Shown here: piece after piece, positions 50,387 to 63,321 of the stretch | Layout of the letters: every line of letters starts with the position of its first letter | Position numbering within the stretch: position 1 is the first letter of the stretch | Assembly: GCA_051362555.1 (NCBI GenBank) | Contig: CM120649.1 | Span: 19,916,567-19,980,566, forward strand | Direction of reading: 5' to 3' | Length of the DNA: 64,000 bases | Origin: Lingula anatina | Lineage: Eukaryota > Animalia > Brachiopoda | Notes under the pieces: generated by a model | Told to the model about the DNA's origin: nothing | The model's input: only the letters and a program-made list of their open reading frames with translations | The model's database searches: none | Made by a program: the position numbers and the translations under genes

Positions 50387-50460
50387 GTGAACGTCAGGTC
50401 AAGACAGGCTGCAATAGTGTTTGTTGTGTCACATTGCACTTGTCCTGGCCTTATGTCCAC
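50387..50460 (+). ncRNA. mir-92: microRNA precursor, miR-92/miR-25 family
   Basis: 3p arm CATTGCACTTGTCCTGGCCTT (from 50432; seed ATTGCAC) pairs with 5p arm AGGTCAAGACAGGCTGCAATAG (from 50396); basal stem GTGAACGT/ATGTCCAC; TGTG motif in the loop. Confidence 0.88.
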
Positions 50461-50465
50461 TGGCT

Positions 50466-51240
50466 TAACATCATAGATGACCAGTTATTATTAATTTAGA
50501 CCACAAGATAAGTCCAGTCCCGTCACCATAGATGACCAGTTATTATTAATTTAGACCACAAGATAAGAAGTCCAGTCCTATCACCTTAGACCCCATTTCC
50601 ACAGATTAGATCGATCTACTTTAGATCGACCTAACTCCCTGGGGGTTCACGCTAAATAGCTGTCAGCCGGGCGGACACGAAAGTTAATTACCCCCTTACA
50701 GCATGTAGTAGGCGGGACGGACATTTAAGCCGGATTATCTGACAGTAATCTACTGAGACTCCCCGCAAGGATAGATCGATCTTAAAGCTCTGGGAATACA
50801 GCCTTAGATGACCAGTTCTTATTAATTTAGACCACAAGATAAGAAGTCCAGTTCTATCAACACAGATGACCAGTTATTATTAAGACCACAAGATAAGAAG
50901 TCCAGTCCTATCACCATAGATGACCAGTTATTATTTATTTAGACCACAAGATAAGAAGTCCAGTTCTATCACCATAGATGGCCAGTTATTATTAATTTAG
51001 ACCACAAGATAAGAAGTCCAGTCCTATCAACACAGATGACCAGTTATTATTAATTTAGACCACAAGATAAGAAGTCCAGTCCTATCACCATAGATGACCA
51101 GTTATTATTAATTTAGACCACAAGATAAGAAGTCCAGTCCTATCACCATAGACGACCAGTTATTAATTTGGACCACAATTTAAGTTCACTGTCTTAACAC
51201 CATAAATGACCAATTATTATTTAAGACCACAAAATAAGAA
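50466..51240. repeat. ~58-bp minisatellite
   Basis: Unit ATCACCATAGATGACCAGTTATTATTAATTTAGACCACAAGATAAGAAGTCCAGTCCT; interrupted by a MITE. Confidence 0.92.
50589..50803. mobile_element. PIF/Harbinger-like MITE, 215 bp, TTA TSD
   Basis: Nearly identical to 40590-40804; TTA on both sides. Confidence 0.9.
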
Positions 51241-54200
51241 GTGATTCTTTTTCATAAAAATTTATTTCTAGTCCATAATACATAAACGGACTTGACAATA
51301 AAACCACTACGTATCTTAGTTTCTTGATATAAAATAATCCTCTAGTTGTATAAAACTATTATACAAATATTTACAATTTTGTTTATTACTTTTTCTAATC
51401 TTTTGCTTTTTTTTTTGTCAGCAGATTTTTGATGTTATTCAAATTGCATAGATATTAAAGATAAATAAGGAATGGACTTTTTTTTCTTTCTTTTGATCTT
51501 TTGTAAGTAGCTTGAATTTGCTGCTTGCAGTAGTTGTACAATACACTAAAGGTTCTGGTACTGAACATAAATTGTTTAACTTAACAGTATTGATCTATAC
51601 AAACAATATGCCCTTGACCAGTAGTAGGTCAAGGTCACTGCCTTATAATTATGTATCTGGGTTACACTGACATACATTACTGGATATTTATAGGTCAGAT
51701 CTGATGTCCTTGAAGCCAAACAGGCACAGTAGAAGAACCGCCTGCAATACAATTCAAAGTTAGTGGTCAACTTGCCAACGTCAAATAAACAAACTTTTTA
51801 TCAATAATTAAATGAGATCAAACTAAATACAATCCTCTAAACATGACTCAAGAAAGTTTTTAAACAAGGGTTACTTTTTATGAATAATAACCAATAATTT
51901 CAAGGCTCTTCTAGTCAACATTCAATAAAAGGTTCTCAATAATACGGAACAATCTGGTGAAGTTCAACCCTCTTCATTATATCTATTCATCAAAACAGTA
52001 ACTTACTGTTTACAATGCTCAGACTTGATCATTTTGCTGCTGTACAGTTATTACTGTCATCAATCATTTGATATTGTATTAAACAGTAACAATGTTGTAT
52101 TTCTTGTTATGTATTGGTCAGAGCCTCTGGCGTCTGTTGTATTGCATCTTACGTACATTCACACTGGACCTTACATAACACCAGTGTTATTACACTGAAT
52201 GTTCTCTTAATTACTTGATTCATTCTGTCTGAACACAAGTTGAAATGTCCAGATGTAAACATTGTGTGGAGCTCTTCAGGTCGTTAGTTTTTAATCTAAG
52301 GATTGGCGAATCCCAACCTGAGAAGACGCTTCACCCACACTTGCACCAGTTTTGTGTGTTTCTGGCCACGTTTGCTTGGGACCTTAATAAACCCACGTCT
52401 CAATAGAAATAAAATCATTTTTCACCTCAGTTCTTCAATCTGGAGAGCTTAAAGACGACCCTCGTGTCATCTTCTCCCTTGGTAACCAGGAGGTTGGCAA
52501 CAATGTCGACACAATAATGGAACTTTTTAAGTACTCTTCAACTTTATAACAATTCCCTAAGCTACACTTGCCCATACATCACTTTTCCTCTCTTTTATTA
52601 AAAGAGATTTAAAATTAAAATAACTAAAATATAACATCTGAGTCTATTATATATCAACATACAAATAATTTCAGCATTTCTTCGAGATGAATGCAAATTG
52701 CCCTTTTGAGTTTTCATCTTTAACTTTCCTGCTCCTCTTGCTTGGTCTGCCATTAAATGCAGTGCAGACATTCAAAATGGCTACTGTAGGGGAACGCTTG
52801 TGTTGCTCCAAGCTGTCTGTTGACTTTCAAGTCATAAGGTGTTCCCTGACAGCGGACCCTCACATGACTGCGCGATGAACAAACCTTATACAACACCCAG
52901 TGGTCAAATACTGTCTTTGTAATACACAAACTTGGATAAAACTATCAGCAAAGATAATCTCAGAATGGGGATCCATTCCAAGTGTCAGTTTGAGGGTAAC
53001 TTAATACAGTTATGACTCCATCTTTTCAATGAGCAGAAATTATCTCACTTTCAGATACAAAATTTTATCATCTCAAAACCTTATTTCTATATAGCATTTG
53101 TGGTGTGTTTTCTGCATAAAATGGAACATGTAGCCTGCTTTTTAATGTTGTTGCTAACACTCAACACTAACATTCTACTTTTAAGAAATTATGACCTTAA
53201 AAAATATAGTTTTCGGAAAAATTCACAACTGTCTCCCATTGAAAAGATCGAGTGATGACTGTAGTACACTATGCTATCTATGTACAATGATTGAGTGTAG
53301 AAAAAATATACAAGTATAACATGTATATGGATGCACATGTGACAATACTCTCCCTGATAATAACTCTATATATATTAAACATTTTTTCAATGTTTCTTTT
53401 TCATAATTTTAAAGATTTTTCAATAATAATTGTTTCATGCTGCATTTTATTTCTGTAACAGATGAAATTATGAGCTTTCTCTTAAAACTACAGAATACAA
53501 CTCTTTTCATCATATAATCTGTACAAATAACTAAGTAATATTACTAAAAATTATTGCATGTTATGCAAATAATATTTCTGTACTTGCACCAAGCCAACAC
53601 AGCTGGCCTTATGTAAATGATGACATAAATTGTTATTCAACTGTTCATGCATATAATGTCATAGAATTAGGTCAGTTTGATCGAGGCAGAGACGGAAAAG
53701 GAACTTCTTGCTCATCAGTCAGACAGGAATGGCAACGATAAGAAACCTGTCAGAAGACAGGTAAGATGGGGCGAGGGGTTGGGGGCGAGGGGGTTTTTGA
53801 CAGCACTGGTTTCCACATAAACCGTCTCCCAATAGTTGATCCAAATTTTAGGAAATTCTTGTTCTTGTCTTATAGCAAAAACAGACATGAGTTTTTTCTG
53901 CAGAATCACAGAATTATGCTTTTTTTACATGACCCTAAAGCAATTCCCTAAAGCAATTAACCCCCCCCCAAAATTTACGTAAGGTGTTTGGTTCCACAAT
54001 AAATGTTTTTTTTTTTTCTAAAACATGGGCTCATGTCTGCGAAAAACAGGAAGCTATGCCAGTAATAAAGAGGTCAGTGGTAATCAATAACTCTGTTCTA
54101 TTTTTATAAGAAGTGGAGGAGGGGGCTTAACTGGGCATTCTTCTTTACACTGAACTTTACCCTTTCTAAAAAAAAAAAAAAAAAAAGGGAACACTGTAAC

Positions 54201-55143
54201 TGTCCTTTTCATAAAAAAGGAGAGCTAATCCCTCCCCATTTCTGCCCTATCAACTGACATTATATAGTACATCTGATTTTATTCTTACAATGGTGAAAAT
54301 AGTGTATAAATACTTGTATGTATGTAAGAACAGTCTGCTTGCCTCTCACAGTTCACTCCCACAACAACAAAACTTCCAAATTTTCACCTCTCTTCACAAC
54401 TATTTGTTCATATTTATAAGATGAAACCAGTGCAGTTATATCTACGCAGACGTGGTACACGTCTTATAAACAAAACACCTGTTGAACCAAGTTTGTCTTT
54501 CCATCAACTGCAGGGAATCTATTCAAAGGCTATCCTTTTGAAATTGTTTTACGTGTTGCCTTTTTGTCACTTTGGTGTGTTTCCCTTTTTGTATTATTTT
54601 CTCTTTACATATCTACACCCATGATTGGAGGTTCCCATGAGAGCATTATCCATACTGTAAGAGCAAATCACTGATAAAACCTGCAGACTCCACACGACAG
54701 CCTCACACTGGGTAAACCAGGAATTATGACAATAGTATAGCACCGTTATAAGTAGAACTGCCAATCAATCCACCCCAATATCATGTTTTTTCCTTCTGAA
54801 TGTGTCATACCTGTCCCAAAGTTAACTTTTTTATATCACCATTAGATGGCACCAGTGTGTTGAAAGCGGTCAAGAAGAGCCACAAACTTCATGATGAAAT
54901 ATCATAATTCTGATAAAAAATAATAATTTGCTCTTACAAAATAGATAAGTTAAGCTTCATTCTGTTACAAAAATACAACAACTACTTCTAAAAGATAGAT
55001 AAAATAATAAAAATCTGACTTTGAGTGAATTACTCATTTGGTGCTTCAAAAGAAAACTTCCATTCTCCACTATAATAATGATAATAATAATACTATATTA
55101 CAAGTTGAAGATCTTTGTTCTTAGTTGTATGTAGTGAGTAGTT

Positions 55144-58100
55144 TCACAGCCATGTGAGGGTCTGTAGACTGTCCTGGCCATTAAGAACACTCTCCATGTC
55201 ATTTAACAGTTCATTGCTAATATCCTCCTGAAATAGACAAGAATACTTCTGATCACACAGGTCAGTCAACCAGGACATAGTTATTGGGATATGTTGAAAT
55301 AGACAAGAATACTTCTGATCACACAGGACAGTCAACCAGGACATAGTTATTATTGGGATATGTTGAAATAGACAAGAATACTTCTGATCACACAGGTCAG
55401 TCATCCAGGACATAGTTATTGGGATATGTTGAAATAGACAAGAATACTTCTGATCACACAGGTCAGTCAACCAGGACATAGTTATTGGGATATGTTGAAA
55501 TAGACAAGAATACTTCTGATCACACAGGTCAGTCAACCAGGACATAGTTATTGGGATATGTTGAAATAGACAAGAATACTTCTGATCACACAGGTCAGTC
55601 AACCAGGACATAGTTATTATTGGGATATGTTGAAATAGACAAGAATACTTCTGATCACACAGGTCAGTGAACCAGGACATAGTTATTGGGATATGTTGAA
55701 ATAGACAAGAATACTTCTGATCACACAGGTCAGTCAACCAGGACATAGTTATTGGGATATGTTGAAATAGACAAGAATACTTCTGATCACACAGGTCAGT
55801 CATCCAGGACATAGTTATTGGGATATGTTGAAATAGACAAGAATACTTCTGATCACACAGGTCAGTCAACCAGGACATAGTTATTGGGATATGTTGAAAT
55901 AGACAAGAATACTTCTGATCACACAGGTCAGTCAACCAGGACATAGTTATTGGGATATGTTGAAATAGACAAGAATACTTCTGATCACACAGGTCAGTCA
56001 ACCAGGACATAGTTATTATTGGGATATGTTGAAATAGACAAGAATACTTCTGATCACACAGGTCAGTCATCCAGGACATAGTTATTGGGATATGTTGAAA
56101 TAGACAAGAATACTTCTGATCACACAGGACAGTCATCCAGGACATAGTTATTGGGATATGTTGAAATAGACAAGAATACTTCTGATCACACAGGACAGTC
56201 ATCCAGGACATAGTTATTGGGATATGTTGAAATAGACAAGAATACTTCTGATCACACAGGTCAGTCAACCAGGACATAGTTATTGGGATATGTTGAAATA
56301 GACAAGAATACTTCTGATCACACAGGTCAGTCAACCAGGACATAGTTATTGGGATATGTTGAAATAGACAAGAATACTTCTGATCACACAGGTCAGTCAA
56401 CCAGGACATAGTTATTGGGATATGTTGAAATAGACAAGAATACTTCTGATCACACAGGTCAGTCAACCAGGACATAGTTATTGGGATATGTTGAAATAGA
56501 CAAGAATACTTCTGATCACACAGGTCAGTCAACCAGGACATAGTTATTGGGATATGTTGAAATAGACAAGAATACTTCTGATCACACAGGTCAGTCAACC
56601 AGGACATAGTTATTGGGATATGTTGAAATAGACAAGAATACTTCTGATCACACAGGTCAGTCAACCAGGACATAGTTATTGGGATATGTTGAAATAGACA
56701 AGAATACTTCTGATCACACAGGTCAGTCAACCAGGACATAGTTATTGGGATATGTTGAAATAGACAAGAATACTTCTGATCACACAGGTCAGTCAACCAG
56801 GACATAGTTATTGGGATATGTTGAAATAGACAAGAATACTTCTGATCACACAGGTCAGTCAACCAGGACATAGTTATTGGGATATGTTGAAATAGACAAG
56901 AATACTTCTGATCACACAGGTCAGTCAACCAGGACATAGTTATTGGGATATGTTGAAATAGACAAGAATACTTCTGATCACACAGGTCAGTCAACCAGGA
57001 CATAGTTATTGGGATATGTTGAAATAGACAAGAATACTTCTGATCACACAGGTCAGTCAACCAGGACATAGTTATTGGGATATGTTGAAATAGACAAGAA
57101 TACTTCTGATCACACAGGTCAGTCAACCAGGACATAGTTATTGGGATATGTTGAAATAGACAAGAATACTTCTGATCACACAGGTCAGTCAACCAGGACA
57201 TAGTTATTGGGATATGTTGAAATAGACAAGAATACTTCTGATCACACAGGTCAGTCAACCAGGACATAGTTATTGGGATATGTTGAAATAGACAAGAATA
57301 CTTCTGATCACACAGGTCAGTCAACCAGGACATAGTTATTGGGATATGTTGAAATAGACAAGAATACTTCTGATCACACAGGTCAGTCAACCAGGACATA
57401 GTTATTGGGATATGTTGAAATAGACAAGAATACTTCTGATCACACAGGTCAGTCAACCAGGACATAGTTATTGGGATATGTTGAAATAGACAAGAATACT
57501 TCTGATCACACAGGTCAGTCAACCAGGACATAGTTATTGGGATATGTTGAAATAGACAAGAATACTTCTGATCACACAGGTCAGTCAACCAGGACATAGT
57601 TAGTTATTGGGATATATTGCATCAGATAACAGCAGGGGTAAAATACTGTTTTCAGCAATGAAAGCATATTTCCTTGTGTGCAATTAAATTCAACAAGTTT
57701 GAAAAGTGCAAAGCTTGATAAAAACACTGCAGTCTCTTTGATACCCTCTCTCCATTCCCTCAACTCTAAACACCACCAGTTCACTTCTACCCTCAGACCC
57801 GCCCCCCCTCCTTACCCTCAGACCCCCTCCCCCTCCTTACCCTGAACCCCCCTCTCTCCACTCTAAATACCACCTGTTCACCCCTACCCTCAGACCCTCC
57901 CCCCGCTCTCCTCCTTACCCTGAAACCCCCTACTCCCCTCCTTACCCTAAACACCACCTGTTCACCCCTACCCTCAGACCCTCCCCCCGCTCTCCTCCTT
58001 ACCCTGAAACCCCCTACTCCCCTCCTTACACTAAACACCACCTGTTCACCCCTACCCTCAGACCCTCCCCCCGCTCTCCTCCTTACCCTGAAACCCCCTA

Positions 58101-58778
58101 CTCCCCTCCTTACCCTGAAACCCCCTCCCTCCACTCTAAACACCACCTGTTCACCCCTACCCTCAGACCCCCCCCTCCTTACCCTCAGACTAGGCACCAG
58201 ATCATCGCTGTCCATATTGGAAGTTTCGTCGCTCTCCCCCATGTTGCCGAGGGTCATGTTATCGTGGCCAAATTCCATTTGCTGAGGCTGTAGTTTGTGA
58301 CCTAGAAATATCAACAAAAGAAGTCTTTTAGACAAGGAGGAAAGAGTGTCTAGCCTGAATGCTGTGTAGTTTCACCCCTTGGTCAGACAGGTGAAGTTTT
58401 AGGGTAATGTCTGTTAGAAGTGCAGCAGTAGACTTGGGCAATTATTTCAAGAGTGCAGTGCTTTCCCTGCCTGAACTTATTTTTTTCTACTTAGCTCCTG
58501 AAAAGTTTTATCAACTTCCCAAGCTTTAACTGAAATAATTAAAACAATTCTGATAAAAAATTTCAACACATAATAATTACTGTTACTGATAAAAAAGTTG
58601 ACATGTTTATCCTGTTTATCCCCTCCTTTTTACTTCATGAATAATTTTGTAACAAAAAATAAAAGTAAAAACTATCAAAGTTTATGTATCAGGTTTAAAC
58701 AGTGTGTGTGTGTTGTGTTTGAGAAGGGGTTATAATACCAATCTTCTATCAGGAACTGCTTAGAATTCAATTTAATAT

Positions 58779-58824
<46 letters not shown>

Positions 58825-59101
58825 TGGGAGAAAGAAAGAGAAAGAGAGAAGGGGGGAGGGAGAGAAAGAGAGAGGAGGGAGAGAGAGAGAAGGAGAGAAT
58901 CAAACAAAGTCCAGGTCAGGGTGTGAGGCCTGCAGAGAAACCTGTGTGTGTGACAGGTTGTAAAATCCAGTTGTACTCTCCTCACAAAACATGTGCCTGT
59001 CCTCAGAACACGTGCCTGTCGCAGTGAATGAGAACACTTGTTACCATGGATGACAGCCAACTTGGCACCTAGAGCCGCTAGTAGGCAACACCATCAGATG
59101 T

Positions 59102-59168
<67 letters not shown>

Positions 59169-60546
59169 AATCTCTCTCACACACAAACACATACATCCCC
59201 TGCCACCCCCCTCTCTTTCCTTCACTCTATCTCTCTCCCTCTCTCTTTTTTCTTTCCCTCCTTCCCTCTCTCTCTCCCTTCCCAATTCTCTGTCTCTCCC
59301 CTGCAGTGATGTAGTGTACTAAGGATGGTCAGCTGAACTAACACCTCTCCCCATGTTTACAGTCAAAACCAACCTGAAGTTCTGAGTGAACAGTAAATAT
59401 ATGCTAGTCTACCACACTGGCAAGAGGCCATGCCTCCCTGCCCTGGTTATTCTCCAAGGTAGACCAGCTCTCTGTTATGATGGTGTGAGCAAGCTCCACA
59501 TGCAGAGGAACAGAAATATTGTACACCACCTCCAGCTGGGCTCTGACCCCTCCCAGACTGGTCCAGACCTGTGTTAACATGGTCACACAGTAGTGTCCAG
59601 GCTGACCACCCAGACGGGCAGTTTGGTCAGTGTAGGAAAAGCACTGACCACCGCGGGTCAAGGTGAAGGTCAGATGTATTATGTTTCACCATGGTAACCA
59701 ACTTGGGGTTGTCATAACAGAAGATAATTAAACACACACACACTCTCTTTTTTCTCTCTGTCTCTCCCTTTCTCTCACACACAAACACAATCACATGCTC
59801 TCCATCTCTCTCTCTCTCTCTTTCTCTCTCTCTCACTCACAAACGAACACACACACACTCTCCATTTCTCTCCAAATTCCTCTTCTGCTTAACAACAACC
59901 ACCCTGAAACTACATTTCTATAAACTGTGGCACTGCCATCTTGACTATGGCACTTTCTTGGTTGGTCACATGACCACTGTGGCAGTAACGTACCCATTTT
60001 TGCAGTTCCTTAGAACTATGAAATGTTAACTTGCTCAACGTGAGATGTGGCCAAATCAGCAGTGTGTCAGATGTGACAATGTGTTAGGTGTGACAGTGTG
60101 TCAGATGTGACAGTGTATCAGACTTGTCAATGTGTTAGGTGTGACAGTGTGTTAGATGTGACAGTGTGCTAGGTGTGACAGTGTATCAGACTTGTCAATG
60201 TGTTAGGTGTGACAGTGTGTTAGATGTGACAGTGTGCTAGGTGTGACAGTGTATCAGACTTGTCAATGTGTTAGGTGTGACAGTGTGTTAGATGTGACAG
60301 TGTGCTAGGTGTGACAGTGTGTTAAATGTTACAATGTGTTAGATGTGACAGTGTGTTAGGTGTGACAGTGTGTTAGATGTTACAATGTGTTAGGTGTGAC
60401 AGTGTGTTAGATGTGACAGTGTGCTAGGTGTGATGTATCAGACCAGAGGCCGTCTCACTCACCTCCTTCTGACGTGTCCATATCGTCCATGTTACCCAGG
60501 AGATCTTCTGGAGTTCTTGGTAAGCTATAGTTTGTCCCCATCCCAC
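55144..60546 (-). CDS. YAP1: Transcriptional coactivator YAP/Yorkie, last three coding exons (5' part lies beyond the window)
   Basis: Exons 60546-60463 (GGMGTNYSLPRTPEDLLGNMDDMDTSEG), 58301-58183 (HKLQ..MDSDDLVPSLR) and 55227-55144 (EDISNELLNDMESVL..TLTWL*) are in frame. They match the YAP transactivation domain and the LTWL PDZ-binding tail. Confidence 0.92.
55228..57617. repeat. Homogeneous 66-bp tandem array (~36 copies) in the last YAP intron
   Basis: Unit GAAATAGACAAGAATACTTCTGATCACACAGGTCAGTCAACCAGGACATAGTTATTGGGATATGTT, abutting the splice acceptor. Confidence 0.98.
57788..58182. repeat. C-rich ~84-bp tandem repeat built from copies of the YAP splice donor
   Basis: The minus strand repeats CTGAGGGTAAGG/TCAGGGTAAGG directly after the true donor. 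Confidence 0.85.
58780..59300. repeat. (AG)n/(CT)n/(CA)n microsatellites
   Basis: Simple repeats in a YAP intron. Confidence 0.85.
60060..60435. repeat. 17-bp minisatellite, same family as 47213
   Basis: ~22 units just past the YAP donor at 60463. Confidence 0.95.
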
Positions 60547-60574
60547 CTGCAATGGTTACATAATACCTTTAATA

Positions 60575-60815
60575 TAGATATAACACAACAGTCACCTTTA
60601 ATATAGATATAACACAACAGTAGCCTTCAATATAGATATAACACAACAGCAGCCTTCAATATAGATATAACACAACAGTCCCATCAGATAATGCCTTCAA
60701 TATAGATATAACACAACAGTTCCATCAGATAATGCCTTCAATATAGATATAACACAACAGTTCCATCAGATAATGCCTTCAATATAGATATAACACAACA
60801 GTCCCATCAGATAAG
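60575..60815. repeat. 28-41-bp tandem repeat next to a YAP acceptor
   Basis: AATATAGATATAACACAACAG core repeated six times. Confidence 0.9.
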
Positions 60816-62681
60816 ATTCAGACTTACTCCTTAAAAGCTTCTTTGGCTGAATTGGGACGCAGATTTACACGTGTGTAGGCAAAAGTGCGAAAGCACTTGC
60901 TTACGCGTACTGACGCACGTACACATGCACACACGAGAGTTTGTGCACTTATAAAATACATTATTCCATTAACAGCTGAGAACACAGAGTAAAGCTATTA
61001 TAAGCATTAAAGAACTCACTCTGGCAAAACTTCAAAGACATTACCATTTCAATCAGACATTTCCTCCACACTTTTCTCATATAAATTACATTCAATTTCC
61101 TCTCATTGAGTATGCTGGCTATGCCTTAGTTCACTACAGGACGAAGTACATTCACTTCCAATGACCTGGTTCAATACCATGAATTTTACGCTGATCTTAC
61201 AACTGTTGCCATTAGTGAAAAAGTTTCTTTTTTAATTTTTTTTTTTATTCAAAGAGACGAAAAAGCTGGTAAATGTACAGACAAAAAAAAAAAAAAAAAA
61301 AAAAAAAGAATAATGATGACTGCACTAAAAATTTTTTTGTCAATTTTGATGCAATATCATATAACTGATTACGGCATAATCACCACCAATTTTTAAGTAA
61401 TACTGTTAATGTGGACATTCAGACATGTAACTAGCTTAGGACTTCAGATAAATGAGAGTTAAAAATCACACATTTAAATGTCAATGGTGAAAAATTTAAA
61501 ATTCACAAAGTTTAAGAAATAGAATCCAATCAGGCTGGTTTTCCTCCTTAAATTAATCCAGAGAGTTTTAAGGAATATAAGTAACCTGATTATCCATTTA
61601 TTGCGGATATAGTGAAATTTGCATGAGAGCAACGGAAAAGGGTGATGGCAATATGCACAGACATGCAGTGCTCATGTAACTTTGTTGTGTAGTCACGTAA
61701 TTTTCAGCAGAAACTGAACTGAGCCATTGCAAGGATTGTAACTAGCTGGATATCATTCTAACAACTCTGCATGGTTTATTCCGGAGCTGCAATATCCTGA
61801 GCAATTGACAGATACGTGTGATATTTCACTTCTGAAGAATTTCATCAAGGTGCAGCCATTAGTGATTTCACCTACTACACACACAGAAAGAGAGAGAGAG
61901 AGAGAAAGAGAGAGAGAATTCATTTATTTGTCCTTAGAAAAGCCCAATGAATAAGGGTTAAATAAATGTACTTAATGTGTGTATGATGAGCTCCCATAAA
62001 TCTACCTCATGCTTTATTCAAGAGTGACTGATGATACTGTTTATACATTTTAGGCAGAAATTATCCAGGCACGGCCTCAGAGAAACCCTTTTCTCTCCAT
62101 TTTCCAAGAACTTGTCTGCTGTGAGAAGTGGTGGCTTATATCTCCAGAACTGAGGAATAACACTTCGTACTTGTTAGCAGTGAAATCTTGCAGAAATGGC
62201 TCTAATAATGGCTTCTGAAGCTGACATAGTCAACAGATCTAGTGTAACAGTTTTTTTTCCCTCAAAGCTTGACCTGTTTATCTTGATTTTCTCAGAATTA
62301 TGATGAAGTAGAAATCAGAACACCCCCCACCCCCCAGTGAGTTCAAACTTCATGTAAATGCAAATGTAGATTAAAGGGCAGCACAGAGACTGGTACAGAA
62401 TTGATGTGTTACGAAATCACAACAGAATCACAAGGTCCACCCCCATGATCACCTAGATCTTGGTGTGTAGTAGTTCTGTGGTCAATATATGCATGATCAC
62501 ATATGACAGGAATTAATATATGTATGGTCACATATGACAGGAATTAATATATGCATGATCACATATGAGAGGAATCACAGGGAAAGCTGTACGGGTAGGC
62601 TCATGTTTGTAGAGGTTATAGATAAACAACCCAAGTCTTTATGGAGAATTCAGTGGTTACTGAAGACCATGATCAGCAAAC

Positions 62682-63321
62682 GGGGACAGCGCGCTGTGCC
62701 GAAGGTTCGCTGTGCCGAGGGTTCACTGTGCCGACAAAACCGGAAAATTGGTCTAAAATCGGCTAAGTTTTTCCGGAGCCCCAAAATCAAAGGTTCGCTA
62801 TGCCGATGGTTCGCTGTGCCGAAAGGGTCGCTGCGCCGAGGGTTCGCTGCGCCGAAAAAGTCGGCTACCCATCACCCATTGTGCTTGTTATGTAACGTGG
62901 CGAGCAGTGGCCTTTTTTGAAAATAAACGAGTTTTAAAAGTTCTCTTCTTCTATCCGTACCATTTGGATTTGTTAAAACTGCGCATTGAAGATTTATCCT
63001 TATGGACATAAACATCTTAAATCGCTTTAAATAATCAGTTCTGTAAGTTAATATATTAATTATTTTTGGCACTATGGGCGTCACCCACATTTAGGAAATT
63101 ACTGACAAGAAAACATTCTCTAATTATTTTTGGCGAACTTGTTGTAGTTATTGGGTGTGTGTAAAATTAACATCTTTTTAAAAACAATCGGCATAGCGAA
63201 CCCTCGGTATAGCGAACCTTCGGCTCAGCGAACCCTCGGCATAACGAACCTTCGGCATAGCGAACCCTCGGCACAGCGAACCTTCGGCATAGCGAACCTT
63301 CGGCATAGCGAAGCGCACCCC
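62682..63321. mobile_element. Foldback-type non-autonomous DNA transposon with 15-bp subterminal repeats
   Basis: GGGG...CCCC ends; (GGTTCGCTGTGCCGA)n on the left and inverted (CGGCATAGCGAACC)n on the right; AGCAAAC duplicated at 62675-62681 and 63322-63328. Confidence 0.88.

Noticed and set aside
55144-57597. 817-aa repeat protein ORF
   Set aside because: It is an intronic 66-bp tandem array fused in frame to the real last YAP exon. A normal AG acceptor exists at 55228-55229.
55228-57617. CRISPR-like array (also 24095-24885 and 50466-51240)
   Set aside because: The units are contiguous near-identical copies without unique spacers; the context is eukaryotic and there are no cas genes.
57793-58335. 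180-aa Arg/Gly-rich ORF
   Set aside because: It consists of one real YAP exon plus read-through into donor-derived repeats.
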